From a virus (Duplodnaviria > Heunggongvirae > Uroviricota > Caudoviricetes), in the IMG/VR virus record IMGVR_UViG_3300029906_000003, positions 64,001-128,000 of that record: a DNA stretch of 64,000 bases; one strand, given 5' to 3'. The stretch's first letter is position 1; every line of letters begins with the position of its first letter. The notes under the pieces were generated by a model. That model was not told where the DNA came from. It worked only from the letters and a program-made list of their open reading frames with translations, and made no database searches. This document shows positions 63,011 to 64,000 of this stretch, in pieces. A program made the position numbers and the translations under genes.

Positions 63011-63253
63011 ATGATGTTCAACGAGAAAGAGTTTATTGACAGCCTTCAGAATATGTGCGAATCCGAGCTGAATGCTTTATGGTTTGAAATCTCTGATAAA
63101 CAGCACCAGGCCATCCTTGAAGAAGATGACCATATGGATGAAATCTGTGGCCGCAAGCTCGACCTCATTGATGAACAGCTTGCATATCTCGACCATGAAG
63201 AGGAAATGGTCAAGGCATATGAAGAGGAAGAGGCGAATCGGTTCGCTGCTTAA
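63011..63253 (+). CDS. Small acidic early protein
   Basis: GAGG RBS, own promoter and terminator; Asp/Glu-rich. Confidence 0.8.
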   Translation: MMFNEKEFIDSLQNMCESELNALWFEISDKQHQAILEEDDHMDEICGRKLDLIDEQLAYLDHEEEMVKAYEEEEANRFAA

Positions 63254-63263
63254 TCTAACACAA

Positions 63264-63290
63264 GCCCGCTGAATAAGCGGGCCTTTTCTT
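63264..63290 (+). terminator. Intrinsic terminator
   Basis: GCCCGCT / AGCGGGC then CTTTTCTT. Confidence 0.8.
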
Positions 63291-63448
63291 ATATGGAACG
63301 CGGCCAAGCTCACTATAGCATTATTAATGCTAGTCCTAACCATGCATGGACGAGCGGCCGCATCTTGTTTCTTTTCTATTGATTCAATAATAATATTTTG
63401 TTATAATAATAACAGCAATAGAAAAAAGAAAAGAGGTGAGTTAGTTAG

Positions 63449-63625
63449 ATGGAACTAACCGTGAAGGATTTAGCTGCATTGAACATGGTACTTGCAAATA
63501 CAAGTTTAATAGATTTGATTCGCGCGGCGGCCGTTGGATACAAGGAATTAGCTAAGACTGACCCAACAAGTGACGCAAGCGAATTAAACATTATTTGCAC
63601 AGCAATCCTTGCTTCATTGAAGTGA
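63449..63625 (+). CDS. Small hypothetical protein (58 aa)
   Basis: GAGGTG RBS; MELTVKDLAALNMVLANTS; followed by hairpin GATACCG/CGGTATC. Confidence 0.6.
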   Translation: MELTVKDLAALNMVLANTSLIDLIRAAAVGYKELAKTDPTSDASELNIICTAILASLK

Positions 63626-63837
63626 AGCGTCAAAGATAGATACCGTTAAACGCGGTATCTAATCCGAACCTCGGTTAGTTCGTACTAATTCACACTTTTT
63701 TCGTGAAAAACCTAAGTTAGTTTAGTCTAACTAACTTCCCAATTTTACCGATTAGCGCTGTCAAACTAACCAACTTTGTTGAAGAAAGCTCATCTTTAAC
63801 ATGAAGGAAGTTCATTCCTAAAATAAGAAAAAACCTC

Positions 63838-63865
63838 TTGACTTTTCTATTGTTTGTGGTATAAT
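63838..63865 (+). promoter_or_regulatory. Sigma-70/sigma-A promoter with extended -10
   Basis: TTGACT-N16-TATAAT preceded by TG. Confidence 0.8.
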
Positions 63866-63913
63866 ATAATCAGAAAGAGGAAAACAACAGAAAAGAAAAA
63901 AGAGGTAACAATC

Positions 63914-64000
63914 ATGAGAAAGCACTTCAATATCTGCAAACTGAACCAAGACTTGTGGCCCGCAGAAAGAATTGCCGGCTCTGTTTACTGGGAGAACAAG
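63914..64000 (+). CDS. Early hypothetical protein (3'-truncated)
   Basis: GAGG RBS; MRKHFNICKLNQ; leader resembles that of 63011. Confidence 0.65.
   Translation, partial: MRKHFNICKLNQDLWPAERIAGSVYWENK

Noticed and set aside
14468..63633. Short opposite-strand or alternate-frame ORFs in the track (e.g. 17582-17938, 43710-44057, 55709-56059, 58175-58513, 63077-63343, 63445-63633)
   Set aside because: They are shadows of better-supported genes and lack recognisable motifs.
1..64000. Suppressor tRNA or other tRNA/rRNA genes
   Set aside because: No cloverleaf with a T-loop was recognised in the intergenic gaps by eye; tRNAscan-SE or ARAGORN is needed to exclude one.

Overview
A 64-kb segment of an AT-rich tailed dsDNA phage genome (siphovirus-like: 2889-codon tape measure, no sheath seen). 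Shine-Dalgarno and sigma-A signals suggest a Firmicutes host. The phage reads TAG as Gln (genetic code 15). This explains why the supplied ORF track is fragmented: fragments join in frame across TAG, conserved motifs need Q there, and the rebuilt genes end in TAA/TGA. Plus strand 1-13.4 kb carries replication and nucleotide genes: an intein-bearing RecD-like helicase, a GIY-YIG nuclease, intron-split dnaE, gmk, a glutaredoxin, nrdD/nrdG, a C5-MTase-like gene, dut and a RuvC-like resolvase. Minus strand 13.4-62.1 kb carries terminase (intron with LAGLIDADG), portal, protease/scaffold, capsid, neck (ORF-less intron), tail, tape measure, baseplate/fibre genes, a putative holin and a 6-gene unknown module. 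From 62.1 to 64 kb is a repeat-rich divergent region followed by small genes under strong promoters. Highlights: a UAG codon created only by splicing, genome-wide excess of GCGGCC, a GTTAG-N6-CTAAC array, a candidate GGWCA-N8-TAA motif and a probable ATT start for the portal. All calls are by eye; no database searches were run.
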